DNA of 63,957 nt, filler included, from Octopus bimaculoides (lineage: Eukaryota): NCBI RefSeq assembly GCF_001194135.2. It is 4 parts of 4 records of this genome, joined end to end, with 100 filler letters (N's around TTAATTAATTAA, not from the genome) between each part and the next. Parts side by side here need not be neighbours in the genome. Positions count along the whole stretch, not along the records: positions 30,233 to 60,456 come from NC_068983.1; 3 more parts are not named here. One strand, given 5' to 3'. How positions within the stretch are numbered: the stretch's first letter is position 1; each line of letters starts with the position of its first letter. The position numbers were made by a program, and so were the translations under genes. Shown here one piece after another: positions 36,892-49,094 of the stretch. The notes under the pieces are model-generated. The model was not told the origin of the DNA, searched no databases, and worked only from the letters and a program-made list of their open reading frames with translations.

Positions 36892-37066
36892 TTAAGTTAA
36901 ATGTTTTTAAGAGATTAATTTTGAAAGCTGCATTTCCTCGCTTTCGGTAAGTATGTTGCTTATTTTTTGGTAGTTTTTGACTTATTTAGTCCCTCTAAGC
37001 GTGAGGCATTACTATATAGTTAATGCCCTTATATAAATTATATGTATATATGTACATATATGTATA

Positions 37067-37118
<52 letters not shown>

Positions 37119-37701
37119 AATACAAATAACAGGACATAACAACAGGTGTCTTTTGACTAAGGACGAATTAAATTGTGCTGGCGTGTGTGGAAGTAAAGCC
37201 TTACGGCAGGGATACAGGATTTCACAGGCACAGGGAAGAATATAGATGTTGCACAGACAGCGGCCGAACCAAGAAAGAATGGTCAGGCTTGGCCGAACAC
37301 CGGTCAAGTGGGGAGAGAAGAGAGAGAGGTAGAGGCAGAGGGACAGAAGAAATAAGGAGGGGCGAGAAAAAATGACAGGGACACAGTGAAGTGAAAAGAG
37401 GAGGGATAGTGACCATGAAGAGAAGGCAAGGACATGTGAGAGGGTGGTGAACGAAAGAACAAAGAGTGGAATGAACGAAGTAAGCGTGATAGGGCTGATA
37501 GAAAGAAAGAAAGAGTAAAAGAATAGAGTCGTACAAGATTTAGGTAAATATATACTTACATATAAGGGACCAAAGTGTACGTTCGCTGGTATATATATAT
37601 ATATATATNNNNNNNNNNNNNNNNNNNNNNNNNNNNNNNNNNNNNNNNNNNNNNNNNNNNNNNNNNNNNNNNNNNNNNNNNNNNNNNNNNNNNNNNATAA
37701 A

Positions 37702-37835
37702 TACAAAATGGGACGAGAAAAGAAAACTCCAAATGACTCGTCCTTGTTTTCTTTGTATCGTCTATCTGGATGTTTTGTTGTCTCTTTCTTGTATCACCTA
37801 ACTGTCTGGATGTTTTGCGTTCTTGTCCCATTTTG

Positions 37836-37837
<2 letters not shown>
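37702..37837. mobile_element. Small TA-flanked MITE in a (TA)n tract
   Basis: TACAAAATGGGACGAGAA (37702-37719) and TTCTTGTCCCATTTTGTA (37820-37837) form an 18-bp inverted repeat with one mismatch. Confidence 0.75.
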
Positions 37838-37875
<38 letters not shown>

Positions 37876-37876
37876 C

Positions 37877-38038
37877 TACGGCCTTCTTTCAGTTTCCGTC
37901 TACCAAATCCACTCACAAGGCTTTGGTTGGCCCGAGGCTATAGTAGAAGACACTTGTCCAAGGTGCCACGCAGTGGGACTGAGCCTGGAACTATGTGGTT
38001 GGTAAGAAAGCTACTTACCACACAGCCACCCCTGCGCC
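37877..38038 (-). mobile_element. SINE family A, 5' half
   Basis: Reverse complement of GGCGCAGGGGTGGCTGTGTGGTAAGTAGC..GTAGACGGAAACTGAAAGAAGGCCGT. Confidence 0.9.
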
Positions 38039-38332
38039 TATATATATATATATAAATTTAGATTCAAGGTGAATATGGTACTTAAGTCTAGGCACCAGAA
38101 TTTAGTATGGTATTATCCAAACAATTTCAAAAATAAGGTGATCAAAAATCAAAATAAGCAACGAGGATATTCAAAGTTAATGCAGTACGATCGTTTCATG
38201 CGACCCCATTTATTTAAGCAATGTGAGCATTACATTAAATGCAAAATGCAGAGCAATCTTCAGCTGCACAAAGATACAGAAAATTTACTGAAATTTCATT
38301 TCTGTAGAAGGACATATTACTATTGTAACTAC

Positions 38333-39322
38333 TGTAGTGAAACCTCTCTCTCGAGTATTTATTTACGAATGATAACGTAGTGGCTAACATCTGGCCTTCG
38401 GCCCGCTTGGACCACTGTGTCCATCACCCTGGTTGGCTCTTATTTGCGCGGCATTTGTCTCCAGTTCTGTTTCGCGCCAGGGTGAACATCAACCAATCGT
38501 GGCCTTCTGTTAAGGTCACGTGAGAGAGTGTTTTCTTCTGTTTCTAGAGACCCCTTTTTATCTATAAATTGTCTTGCTTCATCTACGCCAGTTTGTCTCG
38601 ACTTTAGACCTCTCACAGGTCTAGTCGTAGACCACACACAGAACACAGCTCCAGCCAGTTTCCAGCGATGACGTCAACACCACCGATCTACTGTCTACTA
38701 CAGTCCCGTCGCCAGCACCAACACCACCACCAGAATACACGCTACCAACAGCAACCGCGGTTCCTTCTCAACGCTGTTTGTGTGGATTGTTTCCACCTCG
38801 AAAATAACAGCCAGAATCTTCTGTACCAAGTAACCGGTCGCAGCATCGATGCTTAACTTCACACACAACACGTGACACCTCAACTCTGCTATTCGGCCAC
38901 GACCTCTTGCATACATACATTCTACCTACTGTGTAACTCTTCCATAAACTGGTATTTCTCCATCTTTGTGTTCAGGACACTTATCGTCTATGTTACAGAC
39001 TCTCATTCCATGCTCTGTATTTCTCATTCACATACACACACTCATATGTACACACACTATTGTTTATACGACGGTCCATCATACATATTGTATTGTTTAT
39101 ATTGCCGCATGCACGCACACACAGTTGACTACCCTAATAAACTTATTTTTTATATATATCTAACGGTTGTGTCTCTCTCTTTCCTTGCTGGCACTTGTTC
39201 GCATCTCACATGCGAGCCCTCTTATGTTATATTACATGTTTTGTTTCGACCGTGCGACACGTCAAAAGGAGCCTTCTCCTGTTCGTCGCCATCTCTTTTG
39301 GCTCGCACGGTCGTTCTCTACA
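38333..39322 (+). mobile_element. Solo LTR, family A (Gypsy-type by 4-bp TSD)
   Basis: Termini TGTAG...CTACA; TSD CTAC at 38329-38332 and 39323-39326; AATAAA at about 39135; U5 inverted repeat CGACCGTGCGA/TCGCACGGTCG. Confidence 0.9.
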
Positions 39323-39571
39323 CTACATTTAAACAATCCAAGTGGGAAAGAAGAATATAAAAAAACATTTTGACTTAGCCAAAGCAAACAGGCTAGTAAT
39401 TAATTCTAAGCAGAATTTTAACTGTCACTGATTTTATTTGTTTTTTGTCTCAGCTCGGAAAATAAAATGTTAGTTTTTACAGCTGTACATATACGTATAT
39501 ATCTACATTCAAATATCTAGACACATAGACAGATATGTATTTACATACATAATGATCTACAAACATATATC

Positions 39572-39791
39572 TAGGAGGAATGTTGAAAAGTTCCTGGCTT
39601 TGGGTAAAAGAAAATACAGGAAGATCAGTTAATTATGATTTTAATCAACATATTTTTCTCTCAGTTTCACTCACTTATTGCTGCGGTCCTTTAGTTTTTC
39701 TAAGTCTTGTAAAAGAACTCAGAAGCTTGGGCCTCCAACTAAGCGTTTCACGATACCCTTAAAGCCAGGAACTTTTCAGCACCCCCTCGTA
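39572..39791. mobile_element. Mariner-type MITE
   Basis: TA-GGAGGAATGTTGAAAAGTTCCTGGCTTT ... AAAGCCAGGAACTTTTCAGCACCCCCTCG-TA. Confidence 0.9.
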
Positions 39792-40336
39792 TATAAAAAA
39801 CGCACAGAAACGCAAACAAACAATTGATTAACTTACTCTCTCATATATAACCTCTCGTTCACACCAATCTTGTCGAAAATACCTTATCTGTCGCCCCTCT
39901 TAACAGCCCCACCTATCCCCTGGGAATTTTTATCGGAACTCAGATAAAAGTATTCTGCTCAGGTCTTTCGCCCGAAGATAACTAACGTCTTTCCTCCCCC
40001 GTATTTGTATATATATATATATTACCGAAAGCGATAATGGGCTCCACCCTTATTCCTTTGACTAAGTCATGTGGAAAAAATTCCAAACACATGCACTCAC
40101 AAATACACAAACGCGCCCACACGCACATACACATGCGCGCGCACTTCTCAATTTCTCTGTCTCTTCCTCCCACTCTTTCACGCATGTAAAGCTATACTTA
40201 ATGACCTGTTCTATCTCCATGCACAATATAGTCACTCGCATCTTCCCTCTAATGCAAGCACTTTCTTTTGCACTAATTCACGCGGCATATATACTACCTG
40301 CGTTTTACACACTCACATACAAGTCTCTCTCTTTTT

Positions 40337-40375
<39 letters not shown>

Positions 40376-41064
40376 TTCTCTCTGTCTATCTCTCCTCCCT
40401 CTCCCCTCTCTCCCCCTCCCTCCCGCTCTCTCTCCCTTTCTCTAGATAGATAAATAGATAGATGCGATATTCGTTGGTGGTCCTTATCTGTTTGATATAA
40501 AAATTAGCGGAATATGTTGAAAATAACAAATTGTAGATAATTGGATAGCTGATTAGGGGTGGCGGATGATGATGATGATGACAACGACGACGATGACAAG
40601 TCTTCTGCAGCATAGAGTGACATCACTTCTTGCCGTCCTTTGTCATCTTCGCGGGTCTCAACATTCTGAAATAAGCTTGCACCATTTCGCAAGACCTGGT
40701 CAGGTCTTTCTTATTCTAAATTCTATTCACTTCTATTGCTTGGTACTTCTTTACCGAATTGTTTTCTTCAATACACATCACATGTCTGTACCAATGCTGT
40801 CTCCCCTCTTCAGCACTCAGCGTTGTCTGAAGATACCGGCAACTCGAACAGTCGCCCGGGATGCCACGTGCTCGGTGACACCACGCCTTCTGTGATCTTC
40901 GAAATAAAACGAAAATGAAAGAACAATAATCAGTACAAGTGCTGGAAAAGTGCAAGTCTTACTTCATTAGTATCAGGAATTGCAAGTTATATCTGGTTTC
41001 GGAAAGAACTATGTAGAAGAAGTCTTTTTACTGGGACACCAACACACAAACTGCAAATATGAAG

Positions 41065-41096
<32 letters not shown>

Positions 41097-41117
41097 CATA
41101 CACACACACGCACGCAC

Positions 41118-41172
<55 letters not shown>

Positions 41173-41273
41173 AAATATGAGTATATGCATATATATGTAC
41201 ATGTATGTACATACCTTCATCTACATGTATATATAGATGCATATCTGGGTACATGACGTTGCAAAAAAAAAAC

Positions 41274-41323
<50 letters not shown>

Positions 41324-41371
41324 GCACATACATACATGCATGCATGCATACATACATACATACATACATAC

Positions 41372-41935
41372 AATCTCTAAGATTGTCAAGAAGGCTGAGG
41401 GTGTCCTAGTATTACTCAGTAAGAGCTTTGTCAGCCGCACCCCAGTTATCTATTTAAAACCGTATATGACGATGGTACGTCCACACTTAGAATTTACGTC
41501 ACTAGTCTGGAACTTCTATTTTGCTCAGTATATAAATCTCCTGGAAACTGTTCAGAAACGTGCAACAAAACGAATACCCGCCGTCAGGCATCTTCCGTAC
41601 TCTGAACGTCTTGCTTCCCCGGGCATGGACACATTGAATCTCAGACGTCTGGTAACTGACTTGATAAACACACACAAGGTTATCCACCATCTTTCCAATA
41701 ACAACCTTGGCTACCTTTTGAATTTCATTTGACAAACACCCGTGGACATGCTTACAAAATAAAAAAAACAACAAAAAAAACAACACAGCATCAATGACTT
41801 TCGGAAACATTTTTTCATGCTCAGAATTTCTGAAGCATAGAATAAATCACCTGCATCAGTCGTTAGCAGTCGAGACACTACATCCTTCAAAATTTCCATG
41901 CTTCCTGAAATCCGCCAACATTACACCTGATGACT
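41372..41935 (+). mobile_element. CR1-clade LINE 3' fragment (RT C-terminal region)
   Basis: ISKIVKKAEGVL..YMTMVRPHLEFTSLVWN..LLETVQKRATKRIP..LPYSERLA..LNLRRLVTDLINTHK..TRGHAYKI..FRKHFF. Confidence 0.9.
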
Positions 41936-42280
41936 CCTTCCCTTAGTTGTAGTGCACTGTATGCAACAAGTTCTTTTATACTCACTCACCCACACTCACT
42001 CACTCATAATATTAAAAGGATTTATTTAAATAACCATTATAAGCTATTGTGCACGTTTCAAAAGTCAGTTATCGATGCATGTGTACAATTGTTATTTAAA
42101 TAGGTCGTTTAGAATATTTTATTACTCTACGCATTTTTTTTTCAATGATGTGAACGGATTAAAACGTAAAAAAAACATGATTATCCATAATTCACATCAT
42201 TTCTATTTTGAGTTGCTAAGTTACAGACAATTATTTACGTCTTGAAATACTTTTATGCATATTCTTATCGAAGCTGTATG

Positions 42281-42396
<116 letters not shown>

Positions 42397-42540
42397 ATAT
42401 GAGATGTTTTGGTGTCCAGAAGACCCAGAAGACAGGTAAGGCTATGTAAGTGCTACAGAAAGACTGCTGTTAAGCTCCCGGTTCAATAATAGCATGAGTG
42501 AGGAGTCTAAGGCAGGTCGTGTTTGAGCGTGTATATATGC

Positions 42541-43040
42541 TAAATAAAATAACAAGACCAAGGTAATTTGATATTCCTAGGACATTTATAAATAGAAAGG
42601 TTGTTTTACAACTGCTTCGGGGAAATAAATGATATCCTATCATGAGAGACGAGATAAAAGAGCTTCAATAGAAGGAATTAGTAGAGTTCATTTTTTTAGA
42701 AGTTATTCTAGAGAGGGAGAGATATACAAGATATTAGATATAATGCAGAGAGTATAAAAGGAAGATATGAAAGAATTCTTATCGGACTTTACACATCATG
42801 GACAAGAAGACTCTTTACCCATTCTACACAACACATTTCTCGGATAACTGAACAGCAACTTCAATATCCAACAGGCATAAATGTTTTCATATCTTCCGTT
42901 TGCTCTCTCTGCATTATATCTAATAACTTCTAAAAAAATGAACTTTATTAATTCCTTTTACTGAAGCTCTTTTAACTTCTATTTATAAATGTCCTAGGAA
43001 TATCAAATTGCCTTGGCCTTGTTATCTTATTTTATTTAAC
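42541..43040. repeat. Long imperfect inverted repeat (arms about 42541-42772 and 42886-43040)
   Basis: TAAATAAAATAA..CAAG.CCAAGG.AATTTGATATTCCTAGGACATTTATAAATAGAA..AAAAGAGCTTCA..GTTCATTTTTTTAGAAGTTATT..AGATATAATGCAGAGAG..GGAAGATATGAAA occurs on + in the left arm and on - in the right arm. Confidence 0.85.
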
Positions 43041-43920
43041 ACACATCGTCAATGTATCATATATCCGAAAAAAGAAGCACACTCTAAAGCATAGAGCAGT
43101 ATTGTATTTATAAGCAGTTAAGCATATGTCCGGTCATAGAGTGACCAATGGTTTCGCATCCATAATGCACTTAGCCCTATGGACGACTCGTCAGACCTTA
43201 ATAGTGGAGGGCATATATCTTTTCAAACTGGTAGAAATCCGTTACGGTCAGTTAATTAATAAACAAAAAATAAACCTTGTGGGTCGGCGAGGGGGAGTTA
43301 CCTCCCTTAGATCAGTTCAGATGGCAGTCCATATGCGCTTAAGTGGCGAATGGGGAACCTCCACCCTTAGATTGTTTCTAGCCCGTAAGGACTTTTTCCT
43401 GTTCTAATCGATGAATAGGGAATCCCATGCTTGCAGCAGGAAGATTTTGAAATGAAGGCAGGGGCTATAAATCTCATGTTGGGAATTTAATTGTTAATCT
43501 GGATACCGGGAGTTTTTGAGGATCCTTGCTCGCTCCGCTATGCAAAGCTTGCAGCATTTGCTACTGTTGTTATAGGATTTTGGCTGCTCTGTGATCCTCC
43601 ACTTAATATCGTATGGGGTTCCTTTATCCGTAAGGTGTCACATATGGCTTTCCAGGGACGTGATGAATTGTCTTTCTGGAATCCTGAAAGAGGACCTGTG
43701 GTTGTACAGCTCCTGCTTGAAGGCAGTTCCAGCTGACCCGATATATCTCCAAACTTGAGTGATGGTTGTGTTCACACTTCTTGCGCCTCTTCTGTTGACA
43801 CCAGCCTGGAGTTGTTATTGCTCTGTTATTGGAGCTGTTATCTGTGCTGTTATTAAGGGGCATGGGCTTGGCATTATCGCTGGTCTTTGCATGGGGTCTT
43901 TAGCACTACATCTCTGCTAA
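43040..43920 (-). mobile_element. Penelope-like element relic: GIY-YIG C-terminus plus downstream pLTR
   Basis: Minus frame RYIGSAGTAFKQELYNHRSSFRIPERQFITSLESHM*HLTDKGTPYDIKWRITEQPKSYNNSSKCCKLCIAERARILK..LNSQHEIYSPCLHFKIFLL, stop at 43404-43406. Confidence 0.9.
43137..43200 (-). ncRNA. Minimal type-I hammerhead ribozyme motif
   Basis: Minus strand TAAGGT-CTGACGA-GTCGTCCATA..TATGGATGC-GAAA-CCATTGG-TC-ACTCTA; canonical GUC cleavage triplet (C at 43143). Confidence 0.8.
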
Positions 43921-44616
43921 CTTAACTACTATGTTATTATATTCTGAGCTGAATTTGTAATTGTGTACCATTCTCTCCGTTTTTTGTCTTTGTTGTCGTA
44001 TACAATCGTTAGCTTTCTTACAAAAAATCTAATACACTTCTTAGTTTAGACTTTTTTGGGGGCAACCTGATCAAACAGTCTCAAGTGTAACTGCCCGAAA
44101 CTGTAAGGACATCTGGATGTTATATTGTCCTCTATTGCATTTTTGTTCTATTTTTTTATATCTATATACACATTAGCAGTGTACGTACACACACACACAC
44201 ACACACATATATATACATGTATATATGTATGTGTATATATACACATATACATATTATATTCACATAATCATACAAATACAGAAATACATATTTACATCTC
44301 CTACAAACAGATGTATACACAAATGGAAAAAATGTGTATATGTGTATACGTGTACACAATGAAGATGCACACATTCATGCATACTCATGTATATGCATGT
44401 AATCCAATGATTAACCATTGTTGATGTTTTTGTGCTCGGAAATAATATTAGATTAAAAAACTACAAGCAGATTTAATTTGACTGAAAGAGACAAATGGTA
44501 TTTCGAGCAAGATACTGATGAGAATCAGTTGACATTTCAAGTGAACCATGTGTTGTGACATGCCAATAGCTTTTACACACCCTAGAGTTGAAAATTGTGT
44601 AAAATGTTAATGAGCA

Positions 44617-44770
44617 CAGGCATGGCTGTGTGGTAAGAAGTTTGCTTCCCAACCACATAGTTCTGGGTTCAGTCCCACTGTGCTCACAAGTTTTCTACTA
44701 TAGCCCTAAGCTGACTAAAGTCTTGTGAGTGAGTATTGAAAATGGAAAGTGGAAGAAGCCCATTATATGT
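44617..44770 (+). mobile_element. SINE family A, 5' half
   Basis: CAGGCATGGCTGTGTGGTAAGAAG..GGGTTCAGTCCCACTG..GAAGAAGCCC. Confidence 0.85.
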
Positions 44771-45692
44771 ATTTGTATACATATAGATGTGTGTTGTACC
44801 CCAGACTACATAATCCAATTTTCTCTATTTTAAGATGGTAGAACATGGTTTTGAAGGAGATTTGGCTGTTAATTCTAGCATGTTGAATGAGGGAAAAATT
44901 GTAAACTTGTATAGCTAAATGGATGGTTTCAGACATTGCTTTGTGTAACTGATTTAGATGGTTCAAAGTTGAAACATATTTGCTTCAAGAATAGAACTGA
45001 CAAAGTTCCGGCTTAAAGTACCAAAAATCTCAGGGAACAGTGAATTGTGTACAGTAGGTTGACATGGCACAGAAAGCCTTAATTAGACAATTAATCAATC
45101 AAACAATAATGAAGCAGTTCTATGAAGGTAGAGAATATGATCTTGGGATAAAAGTTTTATTTAGCAAGAGAGATCTCAAGAGTGTTTAGAGATGCACTTT
45201 TGTCAATCAGCAGGTGAGGAGATTAACTGGGGCAGACAGTTCAAAAAAGTGAACAATTTAGTTTCAACAAATGTTGAGATAAAGAGAGGTGATGTGAGAT
45301 GAGAGAAAAGACATGAAATATAGTGAAGATACCTGGAAGAAAGATAGGTGTTTTGTGGGCAAAATGGGGACATTGTTTTCCAATGATTGTGTTTTTTAAC
45401 AAGAGACTTCTTAGAAAAATTGTTTTCTTGTTAATGCAGTCTATAACACAATGCTTGTTACTTGTAAAAGGTTAACTGATAATTGCAGTACATTATCTCA
45501 ATACAGATTTTGAAAAGTGACTGAAGAAGAAAATTAACATTTATATCCCCATTGCTATTACTTTCTCTCCCTCTCTCTCAGTCAGGGCTATTACTCTCAC
45601 TACTTCTCCTTCACTGAATTATTATTTTCTCTCCACTCCCTTTACTTATACTACTCTTTCTCCTACTCTGTGATTTTGGACAAATATACATA

Positions 45693-46347
45693 TTTTTCTT
45701 CTTCATATTTTATGATAGCATGTTTGGCCATAGATATATTCATAAATATTCTTAATTATTTATAATATATCATTTGTAATGTTTTTACATTACTCTCTAC
45801 TTATTTATATTTTCCTAACACATATCTGTTGATTTTGCCATTGCTCAAGATTACTGGTCTTCTCACATAAACGCTGTGCATGGCATTTGAATTCAAAGCT
45901 TGATTGTGTAGATACAGATGAAAACATTTCTATTGCCAGTTGGGATTCATGCTGGCCCCAAGGTGAAATCTTGTTTTGATTTCTATCTATAGGAATATTT
46001 CCCCTGACGAGGCAAATGGGTCCCTTAAGTGGTCCCTAATGCTGAAATTGCAATAGGGAATTAACTAATTATTTCCAAGTTGTGGATTCTATTTGCCATG
46101 TTGCCTGAGGACAGTGTTTATAGTGAGGAGAAATGATATGAGTTTTATAATGGCTTTATAGCGGTTTTGGCTGCTATCTTTAACATGTAAGGGTTTTTTA
46201 ACCCTTTTAGTTATAATTGTGACTTGTTCATAATTATTAATGTTTTTCTTCTTCATATTTTATGATAGCATGCTTGGCCATAGATATATTCCTAAATAAT
46301 CTTAATTATTTATAATATATCCTTCGTAATGTTTTTACATTACTCTC
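45693..46347 (+). mobile_element. Partial tandem pLTR / retrozyme-like unit (550-bp period) containing a hammerhead
   Basis: A 105-bp direct repeat at 45693-45797 and 46243-46347; a degenerate LNSK..CRYR*KHFY segment near 45890-45935; hammerhead at 45999-46060. Confidence 0.65.
45999..46060 (+). ncRNA. Minimal type-I hammerhead ribozyme motif with palindromic stem III
   Basis: TTCCC-CTGACGA-GGCA..(GGGTCC/GGTCCC extension)..TGCT-GAAA-TTGCAA-TA-GGGAA; cleavage triplet AUA. Confidence 0.8.
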
Positions 46348-46890
46348 GGCTTATATATATATATATATATATNNNNNNNNNNNNNNNNNNNNNNNNNNNN
46401 NNNNNNNNNNNNNNNNNNNNNNNNNNNNNNNNNNNNNNNNNNNNNNNNNNNNNNNNNNNNNNNNNNNNNNNNNNNNNNNNNNNNNNNNNNNNNNNNNNNN
46501 NNNNNNNNNNNNNNNNNNNNNNNNNNNNNNNNNNNNNNNNNNNNNNNNNNNNNNNNNNNNNNNNNNNNNNNNNNNNNNNNNNNNNNNNNNNNNNNNNNNN
46601 NNNNNNNNNNNNNNNNNNNNNNNNNNNNNNNNNNNNNNNNNNNNNNNNNNNNNNNNNNNNNNNNNNNNNNNNNNNNNNNNNNNNNNNNNNNNNNNNNNNN
46701 NNNNNNNNNNNNNNNNNNNNNNNNNNNNNNNNNNNNNNNNNNNNNNNNNNNNNNNNNNNNNNNNNNNNNNNNNNNNNNNNNNNNNNNNNNNNNNNNNNNN
46801 NNNNNNNNNNNNNNNNNNNNNNNNNNNNNNNNNNNNNNNNNNNNNNNNNNNNNNNNNNNNNNNNNNNNNNNNNNNNNNNNNNNNNNNNNN

Positions 46891-46935
46891 AAGAAGAAGA
46901 AGAAGAAGAAGAAGAAGAAGAAGAAGAAGAAGAAA

Positions 46936-46966
<31 letters not shown>

Positions 46967-46973
46967 AGAGGAA

Positions 46974-47047
<74 letters not shown>

Positions 47048-47073
47048 GGAAGAGGAAGAAGAAGAAGAAGAAG
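46891..47073. repeat. (GAA)n/(GAG) trinucleotide tract
   Basis: Pure purine triplet repeat adjoining a gap. Confidence 0.98.
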
Positions 47074-47294
47074 AGTCTGTAGGCTTAAAGTATATATCTG
47101 TTTCTATTACGTTGTTAGATTTCTTAATGAGGATGTCGAGGAAGGGAAGTTGAATGTTTACATCAAGTCCATTTATAAGTGCTTGAAATTCTTGTGGGTA
47201 GATTTAGTGGATAGAAACTGAAAGAATCCTGTCATATATTTATATATATATATTTTACAGACAAATGTTGTCACATTTATATATATATATAAAT

Positions 47295-47570
47295 AAGGAC
47301 ACAGTACTGCAATAGTCTGGGTTTCAAGTACCTGTAATTGTTCAACATCCTTTCAGGAAACCTTTGAGATCTACATGGTGTTGATGTAGAAGTTTTCAAG
47401 GAACGCCTGGACAGGTTTCTATCTGGACAGGAGATGCAAAGAAGAGAAGCTCCGTCCAACCTGCTAATTCACCAAAAACAATATTGGAAACAACACTGAG
47501 TAACTACAGGTGATGCACCAGCATGACCTCAGCCCTGGGTTGAAACCAGTAAAAGAAAAGACAAAAGAAA
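47295..47570 (+). mobile_element. CR1/L2-like LINE 3' end
   Basis: QYCNSLGFKYL*LFNILSGNL*DLHGVDVEVFKERLDRFLSG..APSNLLIHQ, then tail GCACCAGCATGACCTCAGCCCTGGGTTGAAACCAGTAAAAGAAAAG. Confidence 0.8.
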
Positions 47571-47579
47571 AGATATATA

Positions 47580-47643
<64 letters not shown>

Positions 47644-48530
47644 NNNNNNNNNNNNNNNNNNNNNNNNNNNNNNNNNNNNNNNNNNNNNNNNNNNNNNNNN
47701 NNNNNNNNNNNNNNNNNNNNNNNNNNNNNNNNNNNNNNNNNNNNNNNNNNNNNNNNNNNNNNNNNNNNNNNNNNNNNNNNNNNNNNNNNNNNNNNNNNNN
47801 NNNNNNNNNNNNNNNNNNNNNNNNNNNNNNNNNNNNNNNNNNNNNNNNNNNNNNNNNNNNNNNNNNNNNNNNNNNNNNNNNNNNNNNNNNNNNNNNNNNN
47901 NNNNNNNNNNNNNNNNNNNNNNNNNNNNNNNNNNNNNNNNNNNNNNNNNNNNNNNNNNNNNNNNNNNNNNNNNNNNNNNNNNNNNNNNNNNNNNNNNNNN
48001 NNNNNNNNNNNNNNNNNNNNNNNNNNNNNNNNNNNNNNNNNNNNNNNATGGTACTTAAGTTGAGGCACCAGAATTTAGTACGGTATTTAGTATGAATTTA
48101 GTATGGAATAAGTAATTGTTATATGCTTATAGAAAAACAATTTATGTTATAGAAATTGATACATACCTGTTGAAGATTAAAATGTATGTAAGAGCTATTG
48201 TTTTCGATGCGTGTATAATCATAGAGAAACTGAAAGACATGAAATGTCCGTTTGTGTGTGTATGTGTGTGTATTTTTGGCGGGATTTTTGCATTTAGCAG
48301 GAGTTGGTTTGTGTTTTATCTCTCGATCAATGGCCGGACAAGTGAAAAGGAAAGGCGATCTTTTGAAGTGGGCGTCGAATGAAGAGGCATGGACAGGTTT
48401 ATCACTGAACTTCTTTTGAAGTTGTGGTGAGAGAGGAGAATTGATGTGCGTGCGTATGTCTGTGTGTGTGTGTGAGTGTGTGTTTGATGGGGTGTGCGCG
48501 ACAGAGAGAGTAATGTTGATGGTGTATGTG

Positions 48531-48591
<61 letters not shown>

Positions 48592-48724
48592 TGAAATTTA
48601 TCATTCAGTTTATTTATTTATTATATGTATATATGTATGAATGGCTTCATTGACACACACTCACATACACGCACACAGGTTGTTTTAATCGATTTTCTCT
48701 GTAAGTATGGGGGCTAGGAAAAAA

Positions 48725-48989
48725 TAGAAAGCGTGTTCCAATCTATGCACCCGTCTCCACGTGTGTGCCATTTTTCACGCGAATCCACCCAGCCATTTGG
48801 CCGTGAACCTCAAGACAAGAAAGAATACAATGGTCGGCCAACTTCAATTTATATTATAGACTAGAAAGCGCGTTCCAATCTATGCACCCGTCTCCACATG
48901 TGTGCCATTTTTCATGCGAACCCACCCAGCTGTGAACCTCAAGACAAGAAAGAATGCAACGGTCGGCCAACTTCAATTTATATTATAGA
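48725..48989. repeat. Two-copy tandem duplication (137 + 128 bp)
   Basis: TAGAAAGCG.GTTCCAATCTATGCACCCG...AACTTCAATTTATATTATAGA at 48725 and 48862; the second copy has a short deletion. Confidence 0.95.
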
Positions 48990-49094
48990 TGACTCATATA
49001 CTGTTCACTTTCCTGACTTTTGTATATAATTCTATGCACTGTACATGCACCCTTGATGAGATGTAGTGCATCTGAGCACTATACACAATATTTT

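Noticed and set aside
46329-47153. 274-aa poly-Glu ORF
   Set aside because: It consists of a gap plus a (GAA)n tract.
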